Source of the DNA: a candidate division WWE3 bacterium
GTDB lineage: Bacteria; Patescibacteriota; WWE3; UBA101185; UBA10185
NCBI GenBank assembly: GCA_052035175.1
Contig: JBPOHV010000001.1
Location: forward strand, 233,569-297,568
Reading direction: 5' to 3'
DNA: 64,000 bases
Shown here: one piece after another, positions 1 through 9,008 of the stretch
How positions within the stretch are numbered: position 1 is the first letter of the stretch
Layout: each line of letters starts with the position of its first letter
Notes under the pieces: generated by a model
What the model saw: only the letters and a program-made list of their open reading frames with translations
Database searches by the model: none
Told to the model about the DNA's origin: nothing
Translations under genes and position numbers: made by a program

Positions 1-1494
1 ATTGCTTATTTAGTAATTTCACTTTTGACGTATAAAGACTTTGGTATAACTGCTGATGAAGAGCTGGAGTATGGCATGGGTTCTAATTTTATCAACTTTT
101 TTATTGATCCGGCGAAATACTCTCAGTATGATGTTTTATTAAACAAACCATATCTTAAGTATTATTATCACCTTTATCCAATGGTTTTATCTGTCTTCAA
201 TCCACTGGCACATTATGAAAAGTTTCACTTACTCAATATCTTATTTGCGTTACCCATTTTTATTTGTGCTTATGTACTTTTATATTACGAGTATAAAAAT
301 ATATATATAGCGATTTGTGGTCCTTTATCTATTTTATTGATGCCTGCATTTGTTGGACATATCCCTACGAATCCCAAAGATATTCCTTTCGCAGTTATGT
401 ATTTTATGTGTATCTCACTTGTTTATATTTTTCATAAACATCGGTCTGTGCATCATTTGTCTTTCTTAGCTTATGTGTTAAGTGGTTTAGTTATAGGTAT
501 TGCTTTGGGCTATACGCAATCTCTTAGAGTTGTTGGTTATTCTGTTTATATCATTTATATAGTTAGTACACTGATATTGATGCCAGCTGCAGAAAGGGTT
601 AAAGATTATATATATAGCGGTATTGTATTGCTGGTCTGCATAACCGTGATTTCACATATTTTTATGTATCTAACTTTTCCAATAGTGCGTGAAAATATTT
701 TGAATATTGGAGAATTGTTTCAGTCTAGCAAACACTTTAATGCATGGGATGGCCAGATCGAATATTTGGGGAGTATGGTAGATACTGCCCATCGACCTTG
801 GCATTATTTGTTTGTGTATATTTTGATCAGTACACCGGTATTTATATTGCTTACACATTTCGCATCATTCTTTTTAGTAAAAAGAAATAATTTGATCAAA
901 GTGTTTTTGTTTGCCATATATTTTAACTTTTTAGTGTATTTGTTTTTTCATCCTGTTATTTACAACGGGTTAAGACACTTTTTGTATTTATTACCGCTAA
1001 TAGCATTTACAAGTATTGTATTTATGATTGAGTGTGTACGAAGGTATCCAAAGACCGCCATTATTTATATGACGCTTGCGATTTTTGTAATTTTGCAATC
1101 TGTGAAGCTGCATCCATATCAATACATTTATTTCAATCCGATATCACACAAAATATGGGAAGTCCAAGATACTTTTGAAACTGATTATTGGGGAACAAGC
1201 TATAAAGAAGCTACACAAAAATTGATTTTATATATAAAACAAAATCATGTAGACACACCAATTGTATATGCGTGCAACGTCGATTACGCAGTGCGATATT
1301 ATTCTGAGTATACTTTTGAACTTGCGAGCACTAGAAAAACCGCCGATTTTATAATATGTGATTATCAAAATGATAAGCAAATGGGTAATCAAGATTTTGA
1401 GATTGTTGATACTGTTGAAGTTGCAGGTATGCCTCTTAATGTTATAAGACAAACTAGTGTGCCACTTAAATATAAATTGTATAATTCAGATTAA
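1..1494 (+). CDS. GT-C type (ArnT/PMT-like) membrane glycosyltransferase, probably 5'-truncated by the window edge
   Basis: Frame is open from position 1. N-terminal DFGITADE motif, NPKDIPFA, many TM segments, HxPYQYxYFN and ETDYWG motifs. Confidence 0.7.
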   Translation: MAYLVISLLTYKDFGITADEELEYGMGSNFINFFIDPAKYSQYDVLLNKPYLKYYYHLYPMVLSVFNPLAHYEKFHLLNILFALPIFICAYVLLYYEYKNIYIAICGPLSILLMPAFVGHIPTNPKDIPFAVMYFMCISLVYIFHKHRSVHHLSFLAYVLSGLVIGIALGYTQSLRVVGYSVYIIYIVSTLILMPAAERVKDYIYSGIVLLVCITVISHIFMYLTFPIVRENILNIGELFQSSKHFNAWDGQIEYLGSMVDTAHRPWHYLFVYILISTPVFILLTHFASFFLVKRNNLIKVFLFAIYFNFLVYLFFHPVIYNGLRHFLYLLPLIAFTSIVFMIECVRRYPKTAIIYMTLAIFVILQSVKLHPYQYIYFNPISHKIWEVQDTFETDYWGTSYKEATQKLILYIKQNHVDTPIVYACNVDYAVRYYSEYTFELASTRKTADFIICDYQNDKQMGNQDFEIVDTVEVAGMPLNVIRQTSVPLKYKLYNSD

Positions 1495-2240
1495 TGAAAA
1501 GGTATATATTCTTGGCATTTGCTTTTGTGATAGCTAGCATTTTTGCATATAAACAATATAGCCATATTCAATATAAAAGAGAATACGAAGCACTTTTGTC
1601 TCAGAATAAAGCATTGTCAAAATCTATTGTTCCACAGCCTACCTTAAGTAATACTCCAGGTATAATATATCCAGATTTTGAGCCTCCGCTGCACCCTTCG
1701 TCACAAGAAATGCTGGACAATATTGATAAATCAAAAATAGATCCGGAAAAACTTAATTGGGTTCCTTTTTCAGATATGTATAAAAGTTCTGGATTAGACG
1801 ATAGATTGGCATTTGATTTTGACTATCCAAACGACTATTTTGTAGATTCTATTTCATTAACACACACATATTGCGCGGAACTACGAGGTAAAGAAGAAGT
1901 CATGTTTGAGTTTTGTTATTTATCTGATAACAATTCTTATATTAAATGGGTACAAACAAAACAATTTAACTTTACTAATGCAATAGAATTTCATGGTAGA
2001 AAAGGACTATACAGAACCGCACCATACGAAGGCATTTTTCCAAGAGAAGAAATGTTTTTTGTAAATAACGATGCAAGTGGTCAACCTATTGATGCAGTTT
2101 ACCTAAAAATGCCTAGATCTATTGATAATGACTTTGTACCAAAGAATCAAGAAGAATGGGCCATATATAAAGATGACTATATAAATGTAGATTTGCCAAT
2201 AAAGAAAAAGATACTTGATTCGTTTGAATTTAAACTATGA
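1494..2240 (+). CDS. hypothetical protein with N-terminal membrane anchor/signal
   Basis: 248 aa ORF, hydrophobic N-terminus, start overlaps the upstream stop. Confidence 0.7.
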   Translation: MKRYIFLAFAFVIASIFAYKQYSHIQYKREYEALLSQNKALSKSIVPQPTLSNTPGIIYPDFEPPLHPSSQEMLDNIDKSKIDPEKLNWVPFSDMYKSSGLDDRLAFDFDYPNDYFVDSISLTHTYCAELRGKEEVMFEFCYLSDNNSYIKWVQTKQFNFTNAIEFHGRKGLYRTAPYEGIFPREEMFFVNNDASGQPIDAVYLKMPRSIDNDFVPKNQEEWAIYKDDYINVDLPIKKKILDSFEFKL

Positions 2241-2500
2241 AAAACGAAAGTATCACTACAATAAAAGAGTTAGGAATTTATTTGCTCGATATCATTTTAT
2301 TTCCGATTGGTTTGTATTATTTTTTTAAAAACTTTAAAAGCCCTGATAAGGTGCGAGTTCGTATAGCTTATGTAAGCTTGATATTAACCTTTATAACTTT
2401 ATTTTTCACAATAAAATTAGCTAAAGACTTCACTCGTAAATTTGAAGACACTTACAACAATTCACCAGAGATACAGGTTTATAGAGATCTACTAGAATAA
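2237..2500 (+). CDS. small two-TM membrane protein
   Basis: 87 aa, two hydrophobic helices, ATGA overlap with the upstream gene. Confidence 0.65.
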   Translation: MKNESITTIKELGIYLLDIILFPIGLYYFFKNFKSPDKVRVRIAYVSLILTFITLFFTIKLAKDFTRKFEDTYNNSPEIQVYRDLLE

Positions 2501-2606
2501 ATATTTATGCAAACTGTAGACTTGGAAATGATGTGTATGCCATATATGGATGTGATCACGCACAATTCCACAGACCGTTCTTGGAAAAATTGATTTCACA
2601 TCAGCT

Positions 2607-3737
2607 CTACTGAAGTGCTGACGGATTTATTTTGATGATTTTATCGTCGTTTTCTTTTGGTTTTCCACGGCCATCGGTATTGCTTGTAGAAATATATAAA
2701 TATCCATCTGGTCCCAAAACTACTGCTCTTATTCTTCCAAATTGTTGTGAAAAATGTGATTTTAACTCTAGCTTGCTAAAATCATTTATTTTGACCTCAT
2801 ATAAAGTTTCGCCACGCAAACCTCCAAAAAATAAACTATCGTTTGCATATGCAACTCCGGCTGGTGCCCATGTGTCTTCTGACCCTGATTGAAGCACAGG
2901 TGTTATGTATCCAGATTGTGTTTGCGCACCTTTTATGATGGGCCATCCATAATTTTCACCACGAGAAATTATATTTAATTCATCGTATCCGGTTTGTGTG
3001 CCTGAAGGTCCGTGTTCTGTTTGCCACAAGTTCCCATTTTTATCCCATGTTAACCCTTGTGGATTGCGATGGCCCATTGAATATACTGCATTTCCAAATG
3101 GGTTATCATCGGGAATGCTCCCATCACTTTTTATTCTAAGTATTTTTCCATTCAAAGAATTTTTATCTTGTGACAGTGCAGTGTTTTCTGCATCACCTGT
3201 TGCTATGTATAAATATCCATCTGGTCCAAATGCAATCTTTCCACCATCATGGTACTTTGACCCTTTGATCCCAGAAAAGATAGTTGTTTTGTCTGAAAGA
3301 GTATCGTTTGCAAGCTTATACCTTTCGACACGATTCATGATTTGATTGTTTTCTTGCGTAGTCGAGTACAAGTAAATGAAGTTATTTGATGCAAAATTTG
3401 GATCTATCGCGATACCCAACAATCCACCTTCGCCAATATGCTTTACTCCTTCTATTTCTTTAATTGCTTTTGTTGGTGTTCCTACTTTCAAAAGCTTTCC
3501 AGATCGTTCTGTTACTAGCATTGTATTGTCAGGTAAAAATGCAATTTCCCAAGGTATTTCAAGATTTTCAGCAATTATTTCTATACCTTTTTGTAAAGCT
3601 TTGTCAGCGGTTAGAGTTGTGTTTTGCGCTGTTTGTTGTCTAGGTCTGAAGATATAGTGTACTAATTGATCTTTAAAAACGAAGACACTACTTATAAGTA
3701 ATATAGCTAATAAGAGGAGTTTAACTTTCATATACAT
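2607..3737 (-). CDS. PQQ-dependent sugar dehydrogenase (GSDH/sorbosone dehydrogenase family)
   Basis: GEGGLLGIAIDP, HDGGKIAFGPDGYLY, GHRNPQGL and NYGWP motifs; N-terminal anchor. Confidence 0.9.
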   Translation of the reverse strand: MYMKVKLLLLAILLISSVFVFKDQLVHYIFRPRQQTAQNTTLTADKALQKGIEIIAENLEIPWEIAFLPDNTMLVTERSGKLLKVGTPTKAIKEIEGVKHIGEGGLLGIAIDPNFASNNFIYLYSTTQENNQIMNRVERYKLANDTLSDKTTIFSGIKGSKYHDGGKIAFGPDGYLYIATGDAENTALSQDKNSLNGKILRIKSDGSIPDDNPFGNAVYSMGHRNPQGLTWDKNGNLWQTEHGPSGTQTGYDELNIISRGENYGWPIIKGAQTQSGYITPVLQSGSEDTWAPAGVAYANDSLFFGGLRGETLYEVKINDFSKLELKSHFSQQFGRIRAVVLGPDGYLYISTSNTDGRGKPKENDDKIIKINPSALQ

Positions 3738-3757
3738 ACTATTATATATGATTTTAA

Positions 3758-4147
3758 TTATTCAGATACTATCGCAGGCAAAGCTTGGTTTGAATCGATG
3801 AACTTTATAGATAAAGAATTTACACAATGCCGTGTGTTCTTTTCTGTTAATCTCTCGCCTTCAAACACATGTCCTAGATGTGCTCCACAATTTGAACATT
3901 CTATTTCGGTTCTAGAACCATCTGCATCTGTTTTACGTGTTATAGAATTTGGGAGATTTTCATCAAATGCTGGCCAGCCACACCCAGCATCAAACTTTGT
4001 TTTGGATGAAAACAACTGGTTGTTGCACTTGCGACAAATAAATGTACCTTCTTTATAAAAGTTATCGTATTCTCCAGTGAATGGTGCTTCTGTGCCCTTG
4101 TCTTCTATTATTCTTTTTTCGTCAGCTGACAATTTATTGTAGGGCAT
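3758..4147 (-). CDS. msrB: peptide-methionine (R)-S-oxide reductase MsrB
   Basis: GTEAPFTG, GCGWPAF, HLGHVF and RHCVNS motifs; two CxxC Zn pairs. Confidence 0.95.
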   Translation of the reverse strand: MPYNKLSADEKRIIEDKGTEAPFTGEYDNFYKEGTFICRKCNNQLFSSKTKFDAGCGWPAFDENLPNSITRKTDADGSRTEIECSNCGAHLGHVFEGERLTEKNTRHCVNSLSIKFIDSNQALPAIVSE

Positions 4148-4148
4148 A

Positions 4149-5177
4149 TTATAGAATCTCGATCATATCTAGACTTGTTACCACATCTCTAAGTAACTCT
4201 GAGTTTTCAAATGTTAATCTATCTTTTAATACACTATATGTAGTTGGTGTAGCAATGTCGTATCTATAATTATTTTCGGTTTTTATTGCGATACCTTTTG
4301 ATGTCCAAAATGCATTGTCTCTATTTGCAACAGAATTTATAGTTATCCAATTATCTGCATTTTCATCATCACCACAATATGCTCCGATTAAAGGTATGTG
4401 GTTGGTTCCTACAAAATATTCTTCTCTTTTTTCAAAATCTTTTTCCAAGAAGCAATGATTTGTAGCAAGAGATCTAACATACAGTTCTTCTAGTTCTGCA
4501 TCAGTCGCATTTGAATAATCTACACGGCCATTTATTTTAAAATTAAATGCTACTCTTTTGAGTTTATGTTCAAGTTCTTCTTTTGGTAATGTTTTAAATT
4601 CTTGGGTTTTTGCATCTATGCTAGGTTTCAGTTCTTCAAAGAATTTTTTTGTATCGTAATGGTCTGCAAGTCTCGTATGACTAAATTGAAAATTATCTGG
4701 CATATACGTTGAGTTTAAATGGTCGGTTAACAATTTAAAGCTACTTGAATAAGCATCAATATCAGATTGCAAAAAGTTATTTTGTTCAACTACTGCAGAG
4801 TCTTCTGCCTCAAATTCATATCTGATACCTGGTTTGTATGCATGTGCAATTGGCATTAGTAAATTGCTTATATATATCAGATTGAATACCTCAGCCCAAT
4901 CAATTTTTGGGTGTGTATTGATCCAAGTATTTTTGTAGCCGCCATATCCGAATAAGAAAAATAAAGGTTTTTGCTCATCTACAGTATCAGATACCTTTTT
5001 GTAAATTAAGTCTTTGGTTTTTTGTGTTAAATTGTTTTTTGTAAATTTATTTGAGATTATCCTTTTGAATATAACTTGTTTAATTTGGCCAAGTTTAATT
5101 GCTTTTTCTTCATCTGATGTGATGTAGTTATTTTTCAGATTATTTAATTTTGTTTTCAAATCTTCATCAAAAGTCAT
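4149..5177 (-). CDS. uncharacterised enzyme, possibly PvcA/Dit1 (isocyanide synthase)-like Rossmann fold
   Basis: 342 aa. PLFFLFGYGGYK...PKIDWAEVFNL...IAHAYKPG..EFEAED resembles the spacing of the PvcA/Dit1 LPAFPxK...PDxAE...I...YxPG..I.SD block (by-eye similarity only). Confidence 0.5.
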   Translation of the reverse strand: MTFDEDLKTKLNNLKNNYITSDEEKAIKLGQIKQVIFKRIISNKFTKNNLTQKTKDLIYKKVSDTVDEQKPLFFLFGYGGYKNTWINTHPKIDWAEVFNLIYISNLLMPIAHAYKPGIRYEFEAEDSAVVEQNNFLQSDIDAYSSSFKLLTDHLNSTYMPDNFQFSHTRLADHYDTKKFFEELKPSIDAKTQEFKTLPKEELEHKLKRVAFNFKINGRVDYSNATDAELEELYVRSLATNHCFLEKDFEKREEYFVGTNHIPLIGAYCGDDENADNWITINSVANRDNAFWTSKGIAIKTENNYRYDIATPTTYSVLKDRLTFENSELLRDVVTSLDMIEIL

Positions 5178-5181
5178 TTTA

Positions 5182-5246
5182 TGGAGCTGGGACCTTGCGG
5201 ACTGCCCACATACGATGCAGGTGTTCTAAACTTAAACTATCCCAGC
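5182..5246 (-). tRNA. non-canonical tRNA-Thr(CGU)-like RNA with minimal T-arm
   Basis: Minus strand reads GCTGGGA TA GTTT AAGTTTA GAAC A CCTGC ATCGTAT GTGGG CAGT CC GCAA GG TCCCAGC T CCA. Perfect 7-bp acceptor stem, U8A9, 4-bp D-stem, 5-bp anticodon stem (two G-U), U33-CGU-A37, encoded CCA. Confidence 0.8.
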
Positions 5247-5252
5247 AAAAGT

Positions 5253-5261
5253 ATTATATCA
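5253..5261 (-). promoter_or_regulatory. extended -10 promoter (TGaTATAAT) for the tRNA-like RNA
   Basis: Minus strand ttttTGATATAATactttt-G1, with 6 nt between the -10 box and G1. Confidence 0.7.
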
Positions 5262-5297
5262 AAAGTGTAGTTTGTTATTATACGATATACTTTATAT

Positions 5298-6107
5298 ATG
5301 TCTAAAGCAGAGATATTAGAGAGTGGTGAATTACAGGGTCTGGATAACAGTGGTTTTATTATAAATAATTCATCTGCACAAAACATAACTGAACCTTGGA
5401 AAAGCGTGGTCAATGAGATCATAAATTTATACGTAACGCATATACCAGAAGGTTTACTTCATAGTATATATATTAGAGGTTCAGTTGGAAGAGGAAATGC
5501 AGTAGAAGGGGTCTCGGATATTGACACTATAGCTGTTGTTAAAAACTCTTCTGAAATTAATAAAGATTGGCGACACCAGGCAATTTCAGATCTTTCTATT
5601 AAGTATCCATTTGCAACTGGTTTTGAATTAGTATTCTGGGATTTGGTTAAAGTTTTGGATGAAAGCAATATTGGTAAACGCTTTGATATGAAAACTCAAT
5701 TTGCTTGTATTTATGGCGATGATTTATTAAAAGTGATTCCTGGTTGTATACCAAGTGCAGCAGTTTCAAAGATAAAAACTTCAAATCTTTCTCGAGATCT
5801 GCAAGAGTCAGTCGATAATTTAAATCACGAAAATGGTGCAAGTAAAGCTGAACAAATATGTAGATGGACAATGAAAAGAATTTTACGTGCTGGATTTTTT
5901 TTGGTGATGCCAAATGCGCAAGTTTTTACAAAAGATTTGTACCCATCATATAAGTTATTTTCAGTTCAATATCCAGAAAAGCAAAAAGATATGTACGAAG
6001 TACTAGATTTAGCAATTAATCCATCGTCAGACATGACTGTGACAAAAGATATCATTTCTAATTTTGGTCATTGGATAGTACAAGAAATCCAAAATAAGTA
6101 TGCATAG
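5298..6107 (+). CDS. nucleotidyltransferase (Pol-beta superfamily) with helical C-terminal domain
   Basis: SIYIRGSVGRG...SDID is the hG[GS]...DxD catalytic motif. Confidence 0.8.
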   Translation: MSKAEILESGELQGLDNSGFIINNSSAQNITEPWKSVVNEIINLYVTHIPEGLLHSIYIRGSVGRGNAVEGVSDIDTIAVVKNSSEINKDWRHQAISDLSIKYPFATGFELVFWDLVKVLDESNIGKRFDMKTQFACIYGDDLLKVIPGCIPSAAVSKIKTSNLSRDLQESVDNLNHENGASKAEQICRWTMKRILRAGFFLVMPNAQVFTKDLYPSYKLFSVQYPEKQKDMYEVLDLAINPSSDMTVTKDIISNFGHWIVQEIQNKYA

Positions 6108-6696
6108 TTATAAATTACCCATCGAAAAGCAACGAGAATTATTTTTGGAACTTCTTTTAAAGAACAAGAATGTGAAAGCTATTTTAGACAATGGATTTGT
6201 AGAAGGTATTGATAATTGGTATTTGGTTGCGGGTTGTTTGAATCAAACTATTTGGAATCAATTCACAGGCAGAGATATTTACGATGGAATAAAAGACTAC
6301 GACTTGATCTACTTTGATGCAGATACTTCTTATGAAAAAGAAGATTTGATAATAAAAGAGATTACTCCAAAGTATGCTGATCTTAATATATCTGTAGATA
6401 TAAAAAATCAAGCACGTGTACATATTTGGACTGATGAAAAATGGGGTTTGAAAATGAGACCTTTGGTATCCGCTGAAGATGCAATTGCTTCGTGGCCAAA
6501 CACATCTTCATGCATTGGTATAAGAAAAGAAAATGATCAATATTTAATCATGGCGCCATATGGGTTGACTGATAATTTAGAAATGGTTATTCGCCCAAAT
6601 AAAACAACTGTTATGCGTGAAAGTGATTATTACTATAAAGCAAATAAATGGAAAGAGCGTTGGCCGGAATTAACCGTAATGCCCTGGAATGTTTGA
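6100..6696 (+). CDS. DUF925/NTP_transf_6 family nucleotidyltransferase
   Basis: YLVAGCLNQTIWN, DYDLIYFD, KNQARVH, APYGL and KWKERWPEL motifs. Confidence 0.85.
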   Translation: MHSYKLPIEKQRELFLELLLKNKNVKAILDNGFVEGIDNWYLVAGCLNQTIWNQFTGRDIYDGIKDYDLIYFDADTSYEKEDLIIKEITPKYADLNISVDIKNQARVHIWTDEKWGLKMRPLVSAEDAIASWPNTSSCIGIRKENDQYLIMAPYGLTDNLEMVIRPNKTTVMRESDYYYKANKWKERWPELTVMPWNV

Positions 6697-6722
6697 AAGC
6701 ATTTATTGTGTACAATTAATGT

Positions 6723-7997
6723 ATGTCTATGGAAAGCTTACAGTCCGAAGCAGCTGTTCAACCGCCAAATAAATCAGAAAGCCATGAAGGAATAAATCCA
6801 CGAGAGTATTTTAAAGGTGTTGAGCAATTAGCATTTTTGCAGGTAGATTTAGAAAATGCGCTTTGGGATCAAGCTGAAGCTTCGGGTCGCTTTAGTACAA
6901 GGTGGGATTCTGTAGACATAAAGCTTGGTGCATATACAGATGAAGCTCATAAGTGTCAGTTTGATATTGTTGAAAAGTATAAAGCGCGTATCAGAGAACT
7001 CCCCCGAGAATTTCAATTGCAAACAATACGTACTTTACTTGATATACAAATTGCACAGGCACAAAAGCATCAAGTAATAAAAGAAACAAACAGTTATATT
7101 TCTGCTGAAGGTATGACACCTGAAGAACATAATGCCGCAATTACTAGAATATTAATAAAGAAGCTTGTAGGTGTTGATCTCCCAGAAGATACACCTGTCT
7201 ATTATTCTGAGAATCCTCTTGGTATTGATTTTATAGCTACGGATCTCGATGTATTGGCAAAGTTATATACAGCTAATGCTCAAGCAAAAGCGTCAAGTAA
7301 GACGCCATTTGCTTTTGTGTGGTCTGAAAATACAGGCTTTAGTGAGTATAAGGATATTAAAGCAGCAGCGTATTTAGCGAAAAGTCACTATAATGAGAAT
7401 GTTGAAATTGATAAATCTGTATATTTGCATGAATGGCGGCACATTTTGGATTTCGGAGTTTTAAAAGGTATCTCAGACGATAGGTTGGATAAGTTGAGAG
7501 CTCGTCATTATGAACGAAGCAACCTCCATAATTATCCATACTTTTCTCATGGTAAGCCAGGCTATACATCAAAGTCTGAGTTACAAGCAAACTATGCAGA
7601 TCAAAGACCCAATGAAGATATTAAAGCGATCTTATTAGATCCTACTTCATATTATAACTACGAAGGTATCTTGGATAAACAGCCTCCAGCTAATTGGAAA
7701 CAAGCTATAGGTAATCTTCTCAGAAGTTCAATAAATATAGATGTTCCTCAGACGAGAGCAGAAAGAGAAAAGTATATTGCATTGATTAATTCTTCGGTAG
7801 ATACAATGGTTAATATACACAAGTTTTACAGTGCAAAGTTAAAAGATGATGGTAGAGCTCGTGAAGTTACGCTGGCGTTACTTAGTTATTTTCCAAACAC
7901 TGATTGGAAGACTATAGAAAAGATGGTATTCAGATATTCTGACCCAGTCGACCAGGTAAAGTATTCATACAAATACGGCTTGGGTACTGAGGAATAG
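6723..7997 (+). CDS. hypothetical protein with HExxH motif
   Basis: 424 aa, contains YLHEWRH. Confidence 0.6.
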   Translation: MSMESLQSEAAVQPPNKSESHEGINPREYFKGVEQLAFLQVDLENALWDQAEASGRFSTRWDSVDIKLGAYTDEAHKCQFDIVEKYKARIRELPREFQLQTIRTLLDIQIAQAQKHQVIKETNSYISAEGMTPEEHNAAITRILIKKLVGVDLPEDTPVYYSENPLGIDFIATDLDVLAKLYTANAQAKASSKTPFAFVWSENTGFSEYKDIKAAAYLAKSHYNENVEIDKSVYLHEWRHILDFGVLKGISDDRLDKLRARHYERSNLHNYPYFSHGKPGYTSKSELQANYADQRPNEDIKAILLDPTSYYNYEGILDKQPPANWKQAIGNLLRSSINIDVPQTRAEREKYIALINSSVDTMVNIHKFYSAKLKDDGRAREVTLALLSYFPNTDWKTIEKMVFRYSDPVDQVKYSYKYGLGTEE

Positions 7998-8009
7998 TAT
8001 AATAGATTT

Positions 8010-9005
8010 GTGAAGTACATTTATCTTTCAACATTTCTTTCGGGAACTAATGATCTAGTTTTACAAACTTTGAAATCAAATCTTACAGACTTTGAAGAAG
8101 TGTTAGGTTTGGATGGCCTGGTTGTTTATAAAACGTCCTCTGACATCTCTACTATAAAGCAACTTAGATACCTAAATAACTCATTTATCGTAATAAACCA
8201 AATCTCACTAGATAGCTTGAATCCTGAGAAAAGATCAAACGCATTTGATGTGTTGTACGACTATATTTTACATACATCGTTGGATATTTATAAAAAACCT
8301 TTACACGACATGAATGCTACAAAGCTTAGGATAGTTGCATCTATAGAAAATCAAAATGTAAGTTACAAAAACAGACGCCTAGAAGAAAAGCTTGCTACAG
8401 AATTTAATTTAGATATAGATCGATTGAATCCAGATATAGAGTTTTGGTTTTTACAAAGAAGCGAAGGCTACGCATTTGCATTGTTTCGACTTACAAATAC
8501 TTCAAAATCTGAGCATCGTGCCAAAGGTCAACTTCGTGCAGAGCTTGCAGCTTTGATGTGTTTGCTTTCTGAACCATCGTCAAGTGATGTATGCATTGAT
8601 CCATTTGCAGGCTATGGCACTATACTTTTTGAGCGTGCGCATTTGCCTTATAAAAAACTAATAGCATATGAAAGAGAAATTAAGGCTGACTATTCAGGAA
8701 AAAACATTGAAGTATATAATGCAGATTTTTTTGAGAACAAATTATCAGATGCATGTGTAACTAAAATAATCACAGATCCTCCGTGGGGATTTTATAATAC
8801 AGACTTAGATGTAGAAACTTTTTATACAAGACTACTCGTAGAATTTAGTAGATTACTTTTAAAAAATGGACTGGCTATTATTTTGGTACACCGTGAAATT
8901 GATTTTAAAAGATATTTGCAAAATACTAGACTAGTCATAAAAGAAAGATACGACATTTTAGTATCTGGTAAAAAGGCCAGCATTTATAAATTAGTCTATA
9001 CTTAA
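8010..9005 (+). CDS. SAM-dependent RNA methyltransferase (Trm11/UPF0020-like, degenerate THUMP N-terminus)
   Basis: DPFAGYGT motif I and TDPPWG motif IV. Confidence 0.8.
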   Translation: MKYIYLSTFLSGTNDLVLQTLKSNLTDFEEVLGLDGLVVYKTSSDISTIKQLRYLNNSFIVINQISLDSLNPEKRSNAFDVLYDYILHTSLDIYKKPLHDMNATKLRIVASIENQNVSYKNRRLEEKLATEFNLDIDRLNPDIEFWFLQRSEGYAFALFRLTNTSKSEHRAKGQLRAELAALMCLLSEPSSSDVCIDPFAGYGTILFERAHLPYKKLIAYEREIKADYSGKNIEVYNADFFENKLSDACVTKIITDPPWGFYNTDLDVETFYTRLLVEFSRLLLKNGLAIILVHREIDFKRYLQNTRLVIKERYDILVSGKKASIYKLVYT

Positions 9006-9008
9006 ATT

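Noticed and set aside
5182-5246. Reading the tRNA-like element as a prophage att scar or a simple terminator
   Set aside because: Both halves, the CCA and a dedicated promoter are present. No integrase is nearby, and att duplications normally keep the T-arm.
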